Counted from the first letter of the stretch, positions 49,311-59,549 are shown. The stretch: DNA of 64,000 nucleotides from an uncultured Bacilli bacterium (GCA_944372195.1 CALVYK010000005.1:3447-67446); one strand, 5' to 3'. Notes: a model not told the origin generated them from the letters alone. Translations and numbers: made by a program.

Positions 49311-49754
49311 ATGAAAAAAATACTTTATAGTTTATGCTTTTTAGTATACTTTTCCTTTTCATCTTCGATTATTGAAGCGTCTAACACATATTCAAAGGTT
49401 AAATGTGGTGATAACGTTATACCTTATGCAGCACCACAGATTGTAAAGATCATATTTACGATTTTGCAAATTGCAACTCCAATAATTATAATATTATTTG
49501 GGATGATTGACTTTTTAAAAGCTGTTATAGCTCAAAAAGAAGATGAAATAAAAAAAGGACAACAGACATTTATAAAAAGATTAATATTGGGAGCACTTGT
49601 ATTTTTAGTATTTTTCTTTGTTGAAATAATAATTGGATTTGTTGCTCCAAAAGATGAAAATCAAAGTATGTGGAATTGCGTTGATTGCTTTATTAACGGT
49701 AATTGTACGCGTGTTAATGTCAATAATTTGGGAAAATGTCTCAAAAATTTCTAA
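49311..49754 (+). CDS. VirB2/TrbC-like pilin-type protein; last 11 codons are supplied by the inserted IS
   Basis: A signal peptide is followed by two TM helices flanking KAVIAQKEDEIKKGQQTFIKRL. The Cys-rich tail is WNCVDCFINGNCTRVN. Confidence 0.6.
   Translation: MKKILYSLCFLVYFSFSSSIIEASNTYSKVKCGDNVIPYAAPQIVKIIFTILQIATPIIIILFGMIDFLKAVIAQKEDEIKKGQQTFIKRLILGALVFLVFFFVEIIIGFVAPKDENQSMWNCVDCFINGNCTRVNVNNLGKCLKNF
49691..49718. repeat. 28-bp target-site duplication, left copy
   Basis: TATTAACGGTAATTGTACGCGTGTTAAT, identical to 51411-51438. Confidence 0.9.
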
Positions 49755-51410
49755 ACATTAGCGGGAAAATTTATTCCAATTTCCTTTTGACTTAATAATT
49801 TTATTTGTAAGAAAATATAGTCGTTTTAATTACTAATTTTTCAAAAAATGAAAAATCAGTAATTAAACTCCAACAAGGTAACAAATAAAATTATAAAGTC
49901 AAAAGTTTTCTCGGCATAAAAACCCGCTAAGCATATACATGCTCTGTATGTGCTTTTTTTAATTGCTTTTTGAAGTATTCAATTTTCCAAGGATGTGTCA
50001 TTGGTGGAATATATTTCTTCTTTTCTTTAACTTCCACAATTTCATCTAAATTTTTAGAAAATCTTTCATTTCTAGATAATTCTTTTAATTCATAAACATT
50101 TTTATCTATTGCAACTAATAAATCTCCATTAAAAGCTTTAATTACTAAGCATTCAGTTTTAGGTATAAAACATTTTATTTTGTTATCTAAATATGGTTGA
50201 TAGTATTTGTTATGATATTTAATAGAGTTACCATTATCAATTTTTCTAGGAGTTAAAACAGCCAAAGTATAATTAATTTTATCTTCGCTAGGTGAATCTT
50301 CAAAAGCAGAAGGAAATTTTTTATAATCTATAGCGAATCTTTTATTAAAATTTGGAACAAATACATCAATCAAATATTTATTAGCTTCTTCAATTGTATT
50401 AATACCATTTAATCTTAACTCTTGTACAAGTCTACCTTGAAAAGTACCATTTGTTCTTTCAATTAGTCCTTTAGCTTGAGATACACTAGTAGTTTCAAGT
50501 TCTATTCCTAATTGTTTACAAGCATAACCATATTGAGTTAAAACATCTTTGTCACTAGTTCTTTTATCAGGATTTAAAGACATATAGTTAAATACAGTAC
50601 GATTATCTGTTAAGAATTTATAAGGAATACCATAATTAGTAAGTATTTGATATAACACATTATAATAACCATTTAATGTTTCTTGTTTATCGAAGTAAGC
50701 ACCAACAACATTAGAAGTTGCTTTATCAATTGCAAGATGTAAACAAGATTTTTTATCGCCAAACCAATTATGAATAGAACCATCTTGTTCAATTATTTCA
50801 CCAAAGTATTTAGGTTTTTCACCTCTAGGATGAGAATCTTCTAAAGCTATTTCGTGATTAACTATAATTTCAATTTCTTCATTGGACATATCATTATTAA
50901 TTTTCTTTTCTTTTAATAATTGTTTTTTAATAAATTCTTTTTTAGTTTTCTTTATAGCTTTAGGAGATAATATACCTTCTCTAGATAAAGTTTTATATAT
51001 AAAATCATAAGATACATTTATATTTTCATCTTTTTTAATAAATTCTTTAAAATGATTAAAGTTAAAATCATAGTATTTATTATTATAAAGTGTTATAATA
51101 TCTTTGGAGATTGAGTTATTAAAAGCATTTTTGGGTTTTCTTTGTCTATTTCCGTGGACAAATCCTGCTTTACCTTTCTCCTTGTATTTGATAATAAGAC
51201 GATCAACTTGTCTTCTAGATATACCAAGCTTTTTACAAGCTCTATTTTTATTACCGTTATGATCAACTAATTCTTTAATAACATCATATTTTTCTCTTTC
51301 ATTCATTCTTAATTCAACCTTTCTCATTTATGTCACCTCGGTGACATATTATATAATATTGAGACATTTTAGCAAGTTAATACTTAAGACATTATCACAA
51401 ATTAATCATA
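49719..51410 (-). mobile_element. insertion sequence, ISNCY-family / IS1202-group-like (1692 bp)
   Basis: It is flanked by a perfect 28-bp direct repeat. The terminal imperfect inverted repeats are ATAATTTGGGAAAATGTCTC and ATTAATTTGTGATAATGTCTT. It contains a single DDE/rve-type transposase gene. Confidence 0.8.
49927..51327 (-). CDS. DDE (rve/integrase-core) transposase with an N-terminal HTH
   Basis: The N-terminal segment is NKNRACKKLGISRRQVDRLIIKYKEKGKAGFVHGNR. The catalytic-core context is DGS...TDNRTVF...ERTNGTFQ. Confidence 0.85.
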   Translation of the reverse strand: MRKVELRMNEREKYDVIKELVDHNGNKNRACKKLGISRRQVDRLIIKYKEKGKAGFVHGNRQRKPKNAFNNSISKDIITLYNNKYYDFNFNHFKEFIKKDENINVSYDFIYKTLSREGILSPKAIKKTKKEFIKKQLLKEKKINNDMSNEEIEIIVNHEIALEDSHPRGEKPKYFGEIIEQDGSIHNWFGDKKSCLHLAIDKATSNVVGAYFDKQETLNGYYNVLYQILTNYGIPYKFLTDNRTVFNYMSLNPDKRTSDKDVLTQYGYACKQLGIELETTSVSQAKGLIERTNGTFQGRLVQELRLNGINTIEEANKYLIDVFVPNFNKRFAIDYKKFPSAFEDSPSEDKINYTLAVLTPRKIDNGNSIKYHNKYYQPYLDNKIKCFIPKTECLVIKAFNGDLLVAIDKNVYELKELSRNERFSKNLDEIVEVKEKKKYIPPMTHPWKIEYFKKQLKKAHTEHVYA

Positions 51411-51438
51411 TATTAACGGTAATTGTACGCGTGTTAAT
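51411..51438. repeat. 28-bp target-site duplication, right copy
   Basis: Identical to 49691-49718. It carries the original ...CTRVN-TGA end of the upstream gene. Confidence 0.9.
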
Positions 51439-51466
51439 TGACATTTAAAAAAATATATAGTATTAT
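51438..51466 (+). promoter_or_regulatory. sigma-A-type promoter for the downstream T4SS genes
   Basis: TTGACA, 17-nt spacer, TATTAT. It lies immediately outside the IS. Confidence 0.55.
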
Positions 51467-51489
51467 AATATGTAGATGGGAGGATTTTT

Positions 51490-51843
51490 ATGTTTTTATT
51501 AGATATTACATGCGGTGATGGCACTATAGTAATGAATGAAATGATACCTAAATTAGTTACTACTGGGATAACAATTATAAAGATTGTTGTACCTATTTTA
51601 TTGATTGTTTTTGGTATGCTAGATTTAGGAAAAGCAGTTATGGCTCAAAAAGAAGATGAAATCAAAAAAGGACAACAAACATTTATAAAGAGATTAGTAG
51701 CAGCAGTTATTGTTTTCTTAGTTGTTTTTATAGTTCAAATTGTGTTTAATTTAGTTGCTAATGATAATGATGGTAATATTTGGGGCTGTGTTGATTGCTT
51801 TATTAATTATAGTGAATCTAACAGTAATTGCGTACAAAGATAA
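51490..51843 (+). CDS. VirB2/TrbC-like protein, tandem paralogue
   Basis: It shares KAVMAQKEDEIKKGQQTFIKRL and the WGCVDCFIN tail with the 49311 product. A ~55-nt stretch is near-identical at the DNA level. Confidence 0.6.
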   Translation: MFLLDITCGDGTIVMNEMIPKLVTTGITIIKIVVPILLIVFGMLDLGKAVMAQKEDEIKKGQQTFIKRLVAAVIVFLVVFIVQIVFNLVANDNDGNIWGCVDCFINYSESNSNCVQR

Positions 51844-51931
51844 AAAAGATTAATAAATTTCTTTATTATCTTTTTTTTTTATGATATAATGATATAAGAT
51901 TATAACGTTTATGAATAAATGAGGTGTTTTT

Positions 51932-53824
51932 ATGGACTGGTTAGAGACGATACTGAGATTTATATCTTTTTGGCTTGATAAATTATTTTATAGCTTTGTT
52001 CCTACTGTTTACAATGTTCTTATGGATATAGCTGAGACTTCTATTTTTACAGAAGAGATATTTGATATGTTTGCTTCAAAAGTCTATGCACTTTTGGGAA
52101 TTTTTATGTTGTTTAAAGTCTCATTTTCCATTTTAACATATATTGTTGATCCAGATTCTTTTTTAGATAAAAGCAAAGGATTTAGTAAATTAATTAGTAA
52201 TATTATTATCACCTTGACTTTACTAATTGCTACACCTTGGATATTTTCACAAGCAATGGAAATACAAAAAATAATTTTGAGAGATAATGTTTTAGGAAAA
52301 ATATTCTCTACAACGAGTGTAAATCCAAATGTAGTAGCTGATGCTGGAAATGTTATGTCCTATGAAACCTTCAAAGCTTTTTATCACTTTGATTATGATA
52401 ACTTTCCTGCTTGTAAAAATGATGATGGTAGTTTTAATGGAAGTGAAGAGTGTAAACAAAAACTTGACATAGATAATAAATTTGATACTTTAAGTGAAAC
52501 TCTTAGTAATGCTCAAAATACGCAGAATATAAATGTCTACTTAAATTTTGATTTGTTATTATTGAAAGGCTCTAATGACAACTATGTTATGTATTATATC
52601 CCAATCATATCTTCACTATCTGGTGTAGCTTTATTACTTTTATTGATTGTTTTTTGCTTTGATGTTGCAATTAGGAGCGTTAAACTTGGATTTTTAAGAA
52701 TGATTGCTCCAGTTCCAATTATTTCTAGAATTGATCCTAAAAAGGGAAAGGAAACATTTGATAAATGGGTTAAAACAACCATTGGAACATATTTAGACTT
52801 ATTCATAAGACTATTAGCTATTTATTTTGCAATATTTGTTATAACACAAGTTATTGATTTAAAATTTGTTGATGCAGTAACAGGCCTAGAAAAAGATGTT
52901 AATGTACTTGTAAAAGTATTTATAATATTAGGTGCTTTATTATTTGCTAAACAATTACCTCAATTAGTTCAAGATTTAACAGGAATTAAGTTGGATGGTA
53001 AATTTACACTTAACCCAATGAACAAATTGCGTCAAGTGCCTTTAGTTGGTGCAGGAGTTACAACTGCAACAGCTTTAGCAGGCGGAGCTTATACTGGATA
53101 TAAAGCAGGAGTGCAAGCTGGCCATGCTGGTAGAGGTTTAATTCAAGGTATGATGGGGGCCGGTAGAGAAATAAGAGGCAAAGTACCTCTTATGGGTGAT
53201 GAAAAAGGTAAGAGTCCTAGAGCACTTCATACTGGTATGCAAGCTGGTTTTAAAGAAATAACAGGAAGAGATTATTCAATATATAGTCCATGGAAAGAAT
53301 TTGGACAGTCTTATGGTAAAAATGAAGTTGAAAGTTTAAAGAAAAGTAAATATGCAATTCAAGGTGAACAAGCAAAATTGGATGCTCAATTACAAACATT
53401 TTATGACCAACTTTCTAGAGCTACAACAGAAGAAGAGAAAAATGAATTAAATAAGGCAATAGAAAAAAATAGATCTCTTTATGGTAAATATACTAAAAAT
53501 GTTAGTTCACTTGATGATCAAATTAAAGATGTTAAGAGATTATATCGTATTGATGATTCACCTAAAAAAGATGTTGATGATGCTAAAGACGCAGCAAGTT
53601 CTATATTAAGTGGGACACAACCTCAGGTTACAGTTAATTTATCAACGTCTAATAATTCATCTAGTTCAGTAAATGGAACTGGGACAACTGTAAATATAAA
53701 TACTGCGACCAACAATGGCCAAGTTCAAACTAAAAGTGGTGGAACTGTAAATGTTCAAAAGGGTGAACAATATACTGATTCCGGAATAATAATTGGAAAT
53801 GATAGTAATTGGAATAAAAAATAA
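51932..53824 (+). CDS. VirB6/TrbL-like polytopic T4SS membrane protein with a long hydrophilic tail
   Basis: There are at least 6 TM segments, a G/A-rich linker and a coiled-coil, S/N/T-rich C-terminus. The gene precedes the VirB3 and VirB4 genes. Confidence 0.65.
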   Translation: MDWLETILRFISFWLDKLFYSFVPTVYNVLMDIAETSIFTEEIFDMFASKVYALLGIFMLFKVSFSILTYIVDPDSFLDKSKGFSKLISNIIITLTLLIATPWIFSQAMEIQKIILRDNVLGKIFSTTSVNPNVVADAGNVMSYETFKAFYHFDYDNFPACKNDDGSFNGSEECKQKLDIDNKFDTLSETLSNAQNTQNINVYLNFDLLLLKGSNDNYVMYYIPIISSLSGVALLLLLIVFCFDVAIRSVKLGFLRMIAPVPIISRIDPKKGKETFDKWVKTTIGTYLDLFIRLLAIYFAIFVITQVIDLKFVDAVTGLEKDVNVLVKVFIILGALLFAKQLPQLVQDLTGIKLDGKFTLNPMNKLRQVPLVGAGVTTATALAGGAYTGYKAGVQAGHAGRGLIQGMMGAGREIRGKVPLMGDEKGKSPRALHTGMQAGFKEITGRDYSIYSPWKEFGQSYGKNEVESLKKSKYAIQGEQAKLDAQLQTFYDQLSRATTEEEKNELNKAIEKNRSLYGKYTKNVSSLDDQIKDVKRLYRIDDSPKKDVDDAKDAASSILSGTQPQVTVNLSTSNNSSSSVNGTGTTVNINTATNNGQVQTKSGGTVNVQKGEQYTDSGIIIGNDSNWNKK

Positions 53825-53841
53825 AAAGGGTGTGATATTAG

Positions 53842-54159
53842 ATGAATAATTTTTTGATACCAGCTAACGCTAAAAAATCAATGTTGATATTAGGATTATT
53901 TACAACGTTTGATTTAATATTATTTGGTGTTGGTGTAGGGTTAACATTATTATTGTTATTGCTTTTGCCGGTCGAGCAAATAGCGATGGCAATAATAGCC
54001 TTGTTACCGGCATTAATAACCGCATTTTTGGTAATGCCGGTTCCTAATTATTATAATATGAGAACTTTGATAGTTTCAGCAGTTAGTTTTTATATGAATC
54101 AAAGAAAGTTTAAATGGAAGGGTTGGTGTTTTCCTCATGGCGAAGAAAAAAAGAAATAA
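53842..54159 (+). CDS. PrgI/VirB3-like small two-TM protein
   Basis: 105 aa with two TM helices. The gene overlaps the start of the VirB4 gene. Confidence 0.6.
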   Translation: MNNFLIPANAKKSMLILGLFTTFDLILFGVGVGLTLLLLLLLPVEQIAMAIIALLPALITAFLVMPVPNYYNMRTLIVSAVSFYMNQRKFKWKGWCFPHGEEKKK

Positions 54160-54682
54160 ATATACAAACGATGATATTCCTGTAAAAGAAATAAAAAATG
54201 GATATATTATTTTAGATAATGGATTAAAAGTTACTGGCGTAAAAATAATGCCAAGAAATATTTTTATTCTTGATCAAAATACTCAAGATAGTATTATTTC
54301 TAATTTAAGGACAGTTTATAATACTATAGATTATGAATTTTGGATAATTGCAGCTGATAGACCAGTTGATATTAATATTTACTTATCACAATTAGAATTA
54401 TTATATAATAATGTTAGTAGCCCAGTTAAAAGAAAATTAATAATGGAAGATATTAATAAAGGTAATATGTTTATGAATAATAACATAGTTGACACAGAAT
54501 ATTTCTTATTATTTAGAGATAAAAAAGATGATTTAATTCAAAAGAGAATAAGAAATTTAATTAATACTTTTGCTGGTGCGGGATTGGTTGCATATCAAAC
54601 TACTAATGACGATTTAAGAATGATTTTGGATAACTTTTTAAATGGTGGTACTACTACTACTTTTGGGACGGTGTTAGGATAA
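54137..54682 (+). CDS. VirB4-family ATPase, N-terminal segment (separate ORF)
   Basis: The segment IPVKEIKNGYIILDNGLKVTGVKIMPRNIFIL resembles the N-terminus of Firmicute VirB4/TcpF-type proteins. Confidence 0.55.
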   Translation: MAKKKRNKYTNDDIPVKEIKNGYIILDNGLKVTGVKIMPRNIFILDQNTQDSIISNLRTVYNTIDYEFWIIAADRPVDINIYLSQLELLYNNVSSPVKRKLIMEDINKGNMFMNNNIVDTEYFLLFRDKKDDLIQKRIRNLINTFAGAGLVAYQTTNDDLRMILDNFLNGGTTTTFGTVLG

Positions 54683-56466
54683 TGGATATAAAAAGTCAAA
54701 TAGCCCCTAAAGGCTTAGAATTTAGAGCAAGTGATTTTATTATCAGTGATAAATATGCTACTATTTTAACTGTGGTTTCATATCCAAAATTTATTTCCCC
54801 TGGTTATTTAGCTAACCTAACTAGTATGTCAGGAGTTAAGGTTGTAATTAAACACATTCCACTTCCTTTTAGTGTTATTCAAAGAATGTTAAATAAGGAA
54901 ATTGCTGATTTAAAAGCTAGATACCAAGAAGAAAATGATAAGACAATTCAAGAAAGAATAAGACAAGATTATGAATCATTGGAATATTTTATTTCACAAT
55001 TAGTAAGTACACAATCTAAAATTTATGATTTTCAGTTACATGTAATGGTTACAGCTAATTCAGAAGAAGAATTAATAGCAAAAAAATTACAGGTTAAAAG
55101 TTATTTAGAAGCTATGGAAATGAAGGCATTTCCTTTAAGATTTGAACAAGAAAAAGTTTTAAAATCAATTTTACCTATTTATCCTGATCAAGCAATTGAA
55201 AACAGAATAGGGACTCCGATTCCAGCTCCTACTATTGCTGCTATGTTTCCATTTATATTTGATAGTATAAAGGACCCAGGGCTATCATGTTTATTAGGAG
55301 TTGATTTTTCGGGGGGAGTTATATTATTTAATCAATTTTTATATCAAATAAAAAAGGAACATAATAGAAATAATGCTAATATAATTGTTTTGGGTACATC
55401 TGGTTCTGGTAAGTCAACTGCAGCTAAATTATTAATTAGAACTCATATAAGAAATGATATTCAAATTGTAATTATAGATCCAGAAGGCGAATTTGAAGAT
55501 ATGGCAAAATTATATGGTGGAGATTTTATTGATCTAGGAAAAGGTGGAGAATTTGGAATGATTAATCCACTAGAAATAATAATGGATGCTGATGAAGAAG
55601 AAATTAAACAAGGCTTAGGATATACGGTTTTAACTAGAACATTACAATCTTTAAAAGCATTTATCAAGTATTATGATCCTAGTACTGAAGAGGATGTAAT
55701 CAATATTTTTAGTGAAATAGCTCAGGATACTTATAGAAGATTTGGAATAGATTTTACAACAGATTTTTCCAAATTAACTTCTAACGATTATCCAACATTT
55801 AAAGATATTTATGCAACTATTAGAGGAAAATTGTTATCAATTCCCGAAAAAACACATGAAAAAGATATATTAGAAAAATTAGAATTAAAAATACGTCCAC
55901 TAGTTAAAGAATTGAGATATTATTTTGATGGACATACAACCATTAAACCACAAAGCAATTTTATAGTTTTTAATATTAAAGAACTAATGAATAGTGATAA
56001 GAATATTAGAAATGCTTTATTCTTTAATGTTTTAAAATATGCTTGGAGCTTAACTTTAAATCCAAACATAAATACTGTTTTAACAGTTGATGAGGCTCAT
56101 GTTTTAATTTCAGGAAGTAATATATTAGGTGCTGATTTTTTAGGGCAAATTCAAAGACGTGCTAGAAAATATAACACAGGAACTATTATAATTACACAAC
56201 AACCTTCTGATTTTAGTGATCCTTCAGTTATAACTCAAGGTAAAGCTATATTTGATAATGCTTCATATTATTTAGTCATGGGTTTAAAGAAGCAAGCAGT
56301 AGAAGATTTATCAAAATTAATTGATTTAAACGACAATGAAAAAGAGAGCATAAAACGTTATAACCAAGGCGAAGCATTATTTGTGTGTGGTAGCAGAAGA
56401 ATGAGAATAAATATTATCGCTACTGAACAAGAATTAGACTCATTTGGAAGTGGCGGTGGATTATAA
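54682..56466 (+). CDS. VirB4-family conjugal-transfer ATPase, main part
   Basis: Walker A is GTSGSGKST and Walker B is VLTVDEAH. The start overlaps the preceding stop (TAATG). Confidence 0.85.
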   Translation: MDIKSQIAPKGLEFRASDFIISDKYATILTVVSYPKFISPGYLANLTSMSGVKVVIKHIPLPFSVIQRMLNKEIADLKARYQEENDKTIQERIRQDYESLEYFISQLVSTQSKIYDFQLHVMVTANSEEELIAKKLQVKSYLEAMEMKAFPLRFEQEKVLKSILPIYPDQAIENRIGTPIPAPTIAAMFPFIFDSIKDPGLSCLLGVDFSGGVILFNQFLYQIKKEHNRNNANIIVLGTSGSGKSTAAKLLIRTHIRNDIQIVIIDPEGEFEDMAKLYGGDFIDLGKGGEFGMINPLEIIMDADEEEIKQGLGYTVLTRTLQSLKAFIKYYDPSTEEDVINIFSEIAQDTYRRFGIDFTTDFSKLTSNDYPTFKDIYATIRGKLLSIPEKTHEKDILEKLELKIRPLVKELRYYFDGHTTIKPQSNFIVFNIKELMNSDKNIRNALFFNVLKYAWSLTLNPNINTVLTVDEAHVLISGSNILGADFLGQIQRRARKYNTGTIIITQQPSDFSDPSVITQGKAIFDNASYYLVMGLKKQAVEDLSKLIDLNDNEKESIKRYNQGEALFVCGSRRMRINIIATEQELDSFGSGGGL

Positions 56467-56485
56467 TTAATTGGTGGTGATGTAA

Positions 56486-58789
56486 ATGAATAATGAAATA
56501 AATAACAAAGATAATAAACTAAATAATATTCATAATAACGAAAAAATTCCCAAACATGGAAATTTTTCTTCATCACCTATAGAACAAAAAAATAATTATT
56601 ATTCAAAACCAATTCAAGAACAAAATAACACAGGACAACTAAATAAACAAAAAAATGGATATAATCAATCGTTAAATAATGGGTCTCCAGTTAAACAGTA
56701 TAAAAAAACTGTTGCAAAAGAAGGATTAAAAAAAGCGGCTGATGCTTATGCACCAGGTGTTGGTGGTCAGGTAGTTGAAAAATTATCAAAAACTGAAGTC
56801 GGAGATAAGATATTAAATCAAGCCGCAGATAATTCTTCTATATTACCTGGCAATCCATTAAATATGTTAAAAGCAAAAAAAAATTTAAAGAATCAGCAAA
56901 ATAATAATCAATCTGATGAAAATAATAGTGTTAATGGTTCTGTTGAAATTTCAAAACAAATTACAAAATTTTTGGCTATTGTACCTGGATTAATAAGTGG
57001 TTGCTTCGTATTCTTGATAATTATTACTGTTATAAGTATTATCATATCACCTCTTTTTTATATGGATTCTTTGTTAGGAAGAACTTCATCTTTTTTTGAA
57101 AAAGTTGGTAACTTTGTGACATTAAGAGGTTGGTGCACTGATGAAGAGTGTACAGAAATAGAAAAAAATAATTTTTATGATGAAGTAGAAAAAGTATATC
57201 AAGAATATAAAACCGAAAAAAACGTCGAGCTTAACACTTCTTTAATAATTGCCACATTGACTTATGCCGACCCCTTAGTTACTCTTGAAAACATTGATGA
57301 TATGGATATGGAAACGTTACCATCATCTAATATGATTGATTTTAAAAAAAGCAAAAAAAAAGTTAATATTTTAGCGCAAAATATGGTTTCTGAATTAACA
57401 GTTTGTTATGATAAAAATAATAAAGAAATTGATTGCGATTCAGTTAATAATGAACAAGCTAACGAAATAACAAAGAAGACGAAGTATGTGTTAGATATTG
57501 ATAAATATCGAGAGTATTTGAAAGTTTATTTTATAAGGAATTTTTATTTTGATAATAAGCAGGGAGAAGAAATAAATATAGAAATTGAAAGTGTAATTGA
57601 TGAAATATTCTCCAGAGTGGAATTTTATGAATACATATCAGGAACTGAAAATTCATCACAGTATTTTGGCGTTAACAATATTACGGTAACTATTTTAGAT
57701 TGTAATAATGGCCTTGTTATGGAGGAAGTTTCATTATATGAGTATATACAAGGTGTATTGTATGTCGAAGGCTTTGCAACAGGAAGATCAGAAGAATTTT
57801 TGAAATTAATGGCGGTAGTTGTTAAAAATTATTTATATGCTATAAACAACGCAGATGTTAATAATCTACCAACAAACTTAAGAGTGAAAAGTTGCGCCAT
57901 GAATCAGGTTTATTGTAGTGTTACGAATGGGTGCCATAGTATGGATGATGGAGAAGATGACAATCACGATACAATAGTAAGTGGACCAGACGAGAGTGGT
58001 AATTATTACCGTGGCCCTTTAACTGACGATGTTGAAACTTTAGAAAAAATTAAAAATGCGATAGATAGTACATTTTCAGAGTTCGTCATAGAAGATGGTT
58101 CATTTGTTATAACTCAATATAGATCTAGTTGCACAAATGAAATTTGTGATTCTACTACAAACATATTAGATCAAGAAATAGCAAATAACATGATAAATTC
58201 AGGAAGTAGCTATGAAGAAGTTTTAAATTTATTTTATAAAGGAACAATTGAAACAGTTGAAATATCTACAATTGGATATCCGCTTGATTTGGAATATAAT
58301 AGAATTACTTCTGCATTTGGATGGCGCGTGCATCCTATTAATAATTGCTGTAGGCACCATAGTGGAACTGATATTGGTGCGCCAGCTGATGCTAATATTT
58401 ATTCTATTGCAGATGGTGTCGTTGTTTCAAACGTAGCTAATCATTCGTCATATGGAAATTATGTTGTAATAGGTCATGGTAATTATGATTCTTCTACTGG
58501 CAAATATGAATATTATAGTTTGTATGCTCATCAAATTAGATATTCTACTTATGTTAATGTAGGTGATCATGTAAAAGCTGGTCAAAAAATAGGTAATGTT
58601 GGATCGACTGGCACTTCAACAGGAAATCATTTACACATTGAAATATATCATTATGAAAATGGTTTAAAAATTGGAGAAGACGCTGTAAATTATTTTAAAA
58701 ACGTTCAATTAACTGGTATGGTTGGTGGAGCTATTTATGATTCAGAACAACAATGTAATCAACAGTCAGGTTGCTCAAGTTGTAGTTAG
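56486..58789 (+). CDS. T4SS-associated peptidoglycan hydrolase with a C-terminal M23 peptidase domain
   Basis: An N/Q-rich N-terminus is followed by one TM segment. The central region tentatively resembles SpoIID/LytB. The M23 motifs are HSGTDIGAP and GNHLHIEI. Confidence 0.8.
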   Translation: MNNEINNKDNKLNNIHNNEKIPKHGNFSSSPIEQKNNYYSKPIQEQNNTGQLNKQKNGYNQSLNNGSPVKQYKKTVAKEGLKKAADAYAPGVGGQVVEKLSKTEVGDKILNQAADNSSILPGNPLNMLKAKKNLKNQQNNNQSDENNSVNGSVEISKQITKFLAIVPGLISGCFVFLIIITVISIIISPLFYMDSLLGRTSSFFEKVGNFVTLRGWCTDEECTEIEKNNFYDEVEKVYQEYKTEKNVELNTSLIIATLTYADPLVTLENIDDMDMETLPSSNMIDFKKSKKKVNILAQNMVSELTVCYDKNNKEIDCDSVNNEQANEITKKTKYVLDIDKYREYLKVYFIRNFYFDNKQGEEINIEIESVIDEIFSRVEFYEYISGTENSSQYFGVNNITVTILDCNNGLVMEEVSLYEYIQGVLYVEGFATGRSEEFLKLMAVVVKNYLYAINNADVNNLPTNLRVKSCAMNQVYCSVTNGCHSMDDGEDDNHDTIVSGPDESGNYYRGPLTDDVETLEKIKNAIDSTFSEFVIEDGSFVITQYRSSCTNEICDSTTNILDQEIANNMINSGSSYEEVLNLFYKGTIETVEISTIGYPLDLEYNRITSAFGWRVHPINNCCRHHSGTDIGAPADANIYSIADGVVVSNVANHSSYGNYVVIGHGNYDSSTGKYEYYSLYAHQIRYSTYVNVGDHVKAGQKIGNVGSTGTSTGNHLHIEIYHYENGLKIGEDAVNYFKNVQLTGMVGGAIYDSEQQCNQQSGCSSCS

Positions 58790-58798
58790 GAGGATTAT

Positions 58799-59509
58799 AT
58801 GAAGAAAATATTTATATTTTTTGTGATATTATTATTAACAGGATGTAATGTTCAATATGATTTAACTATAACTAATAAAGAAGAAGTTAGAGAAAAATTT
58901 TATGTTTTTATAGATAACAATACTATTGATAATAGTAATATGTCTAAGGATGAGTATCTTGATTATTATTCGAATTTGTATTTACAAAATTCCGGTTATG
59001 AAAATTATAAGGTAGATACTAAAAAAGGTAAAGATATTTCTAGTTTTATTGTTACTAGAAATTACGAGAATTTAAATGATTATATAACTTCTGTTTCATT
59101 CAAAAATATGTTTTATAATGCAACGATAGAAAGAATTGGAAATTATACTAGTTTTGAAACTTCAAAAAATCAGTTTTTAGAAAGCATAAAAAATAATGAA
59201 ATTGTATCTGAAGATATGAAAAAAAATACATATACAATTAATATTAAGTTTTATAATCAAGTTGTAAATCATAATGCAGATGAAGTAGATGAAAAAAATA
59301 ATATATATACTTGGATTGTAAATAAAGATACAACTAAAAATACATTATACTTTAAAATAGGCCCTAAGGTTAGATATGATGTAATGATTTTAGATTATAT
59401 TCAAAATAATTTACTATTATTATCAATAATTGGAATTATTATTTTGTTTATATTGATAACATCTCTATATATTTTTATTAAAATAAAAAAAAATAATGAA
59501 ATTGATTAA
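58799..59509 (+). CDS. lipoprotein with a C-terminal TM anchor
   Basis: The lipobox is LLLTGC. A C-terminal hydrophobic helix is followed by a KIKKNN stop-transfer sequence. Confidence 0.65.
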   Translation: MKKIFIFFVILLLTGCNVQYDLTITNKEEVREKFYVFIDNNTIDNSNMSKDEYLDYYSNLYLQNSGYENYKVDTKKGKDISSFIVTRNYENLNDYITSVSFKNMFYNATIERIGNYTSFETSKNQFLESIKNNEIVSEDMKKNTYTINIKFYNQVVNHNADEVDEKNNIYTWIVNKDTTKNTLYFKIGPKVRYDVMILDYIQNNLLLLSIIGIIILFILITSLYIFIKIKKNNEID

Positions 59510-59549
59510 ATAATGTGATATACTTATTTATAGTTATGAGGTGAACATA

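Noticed and set aside
58248-58436. 62-aa same-strand ORF inside the hydrolase gene, and the 61459-61641 ORF inside the VirD4 tail.
   Set aside because: Both are alternative frames of strongly supported genes, within the M23 domain and the K/E-rich tail respectively. Neither has independent signals.
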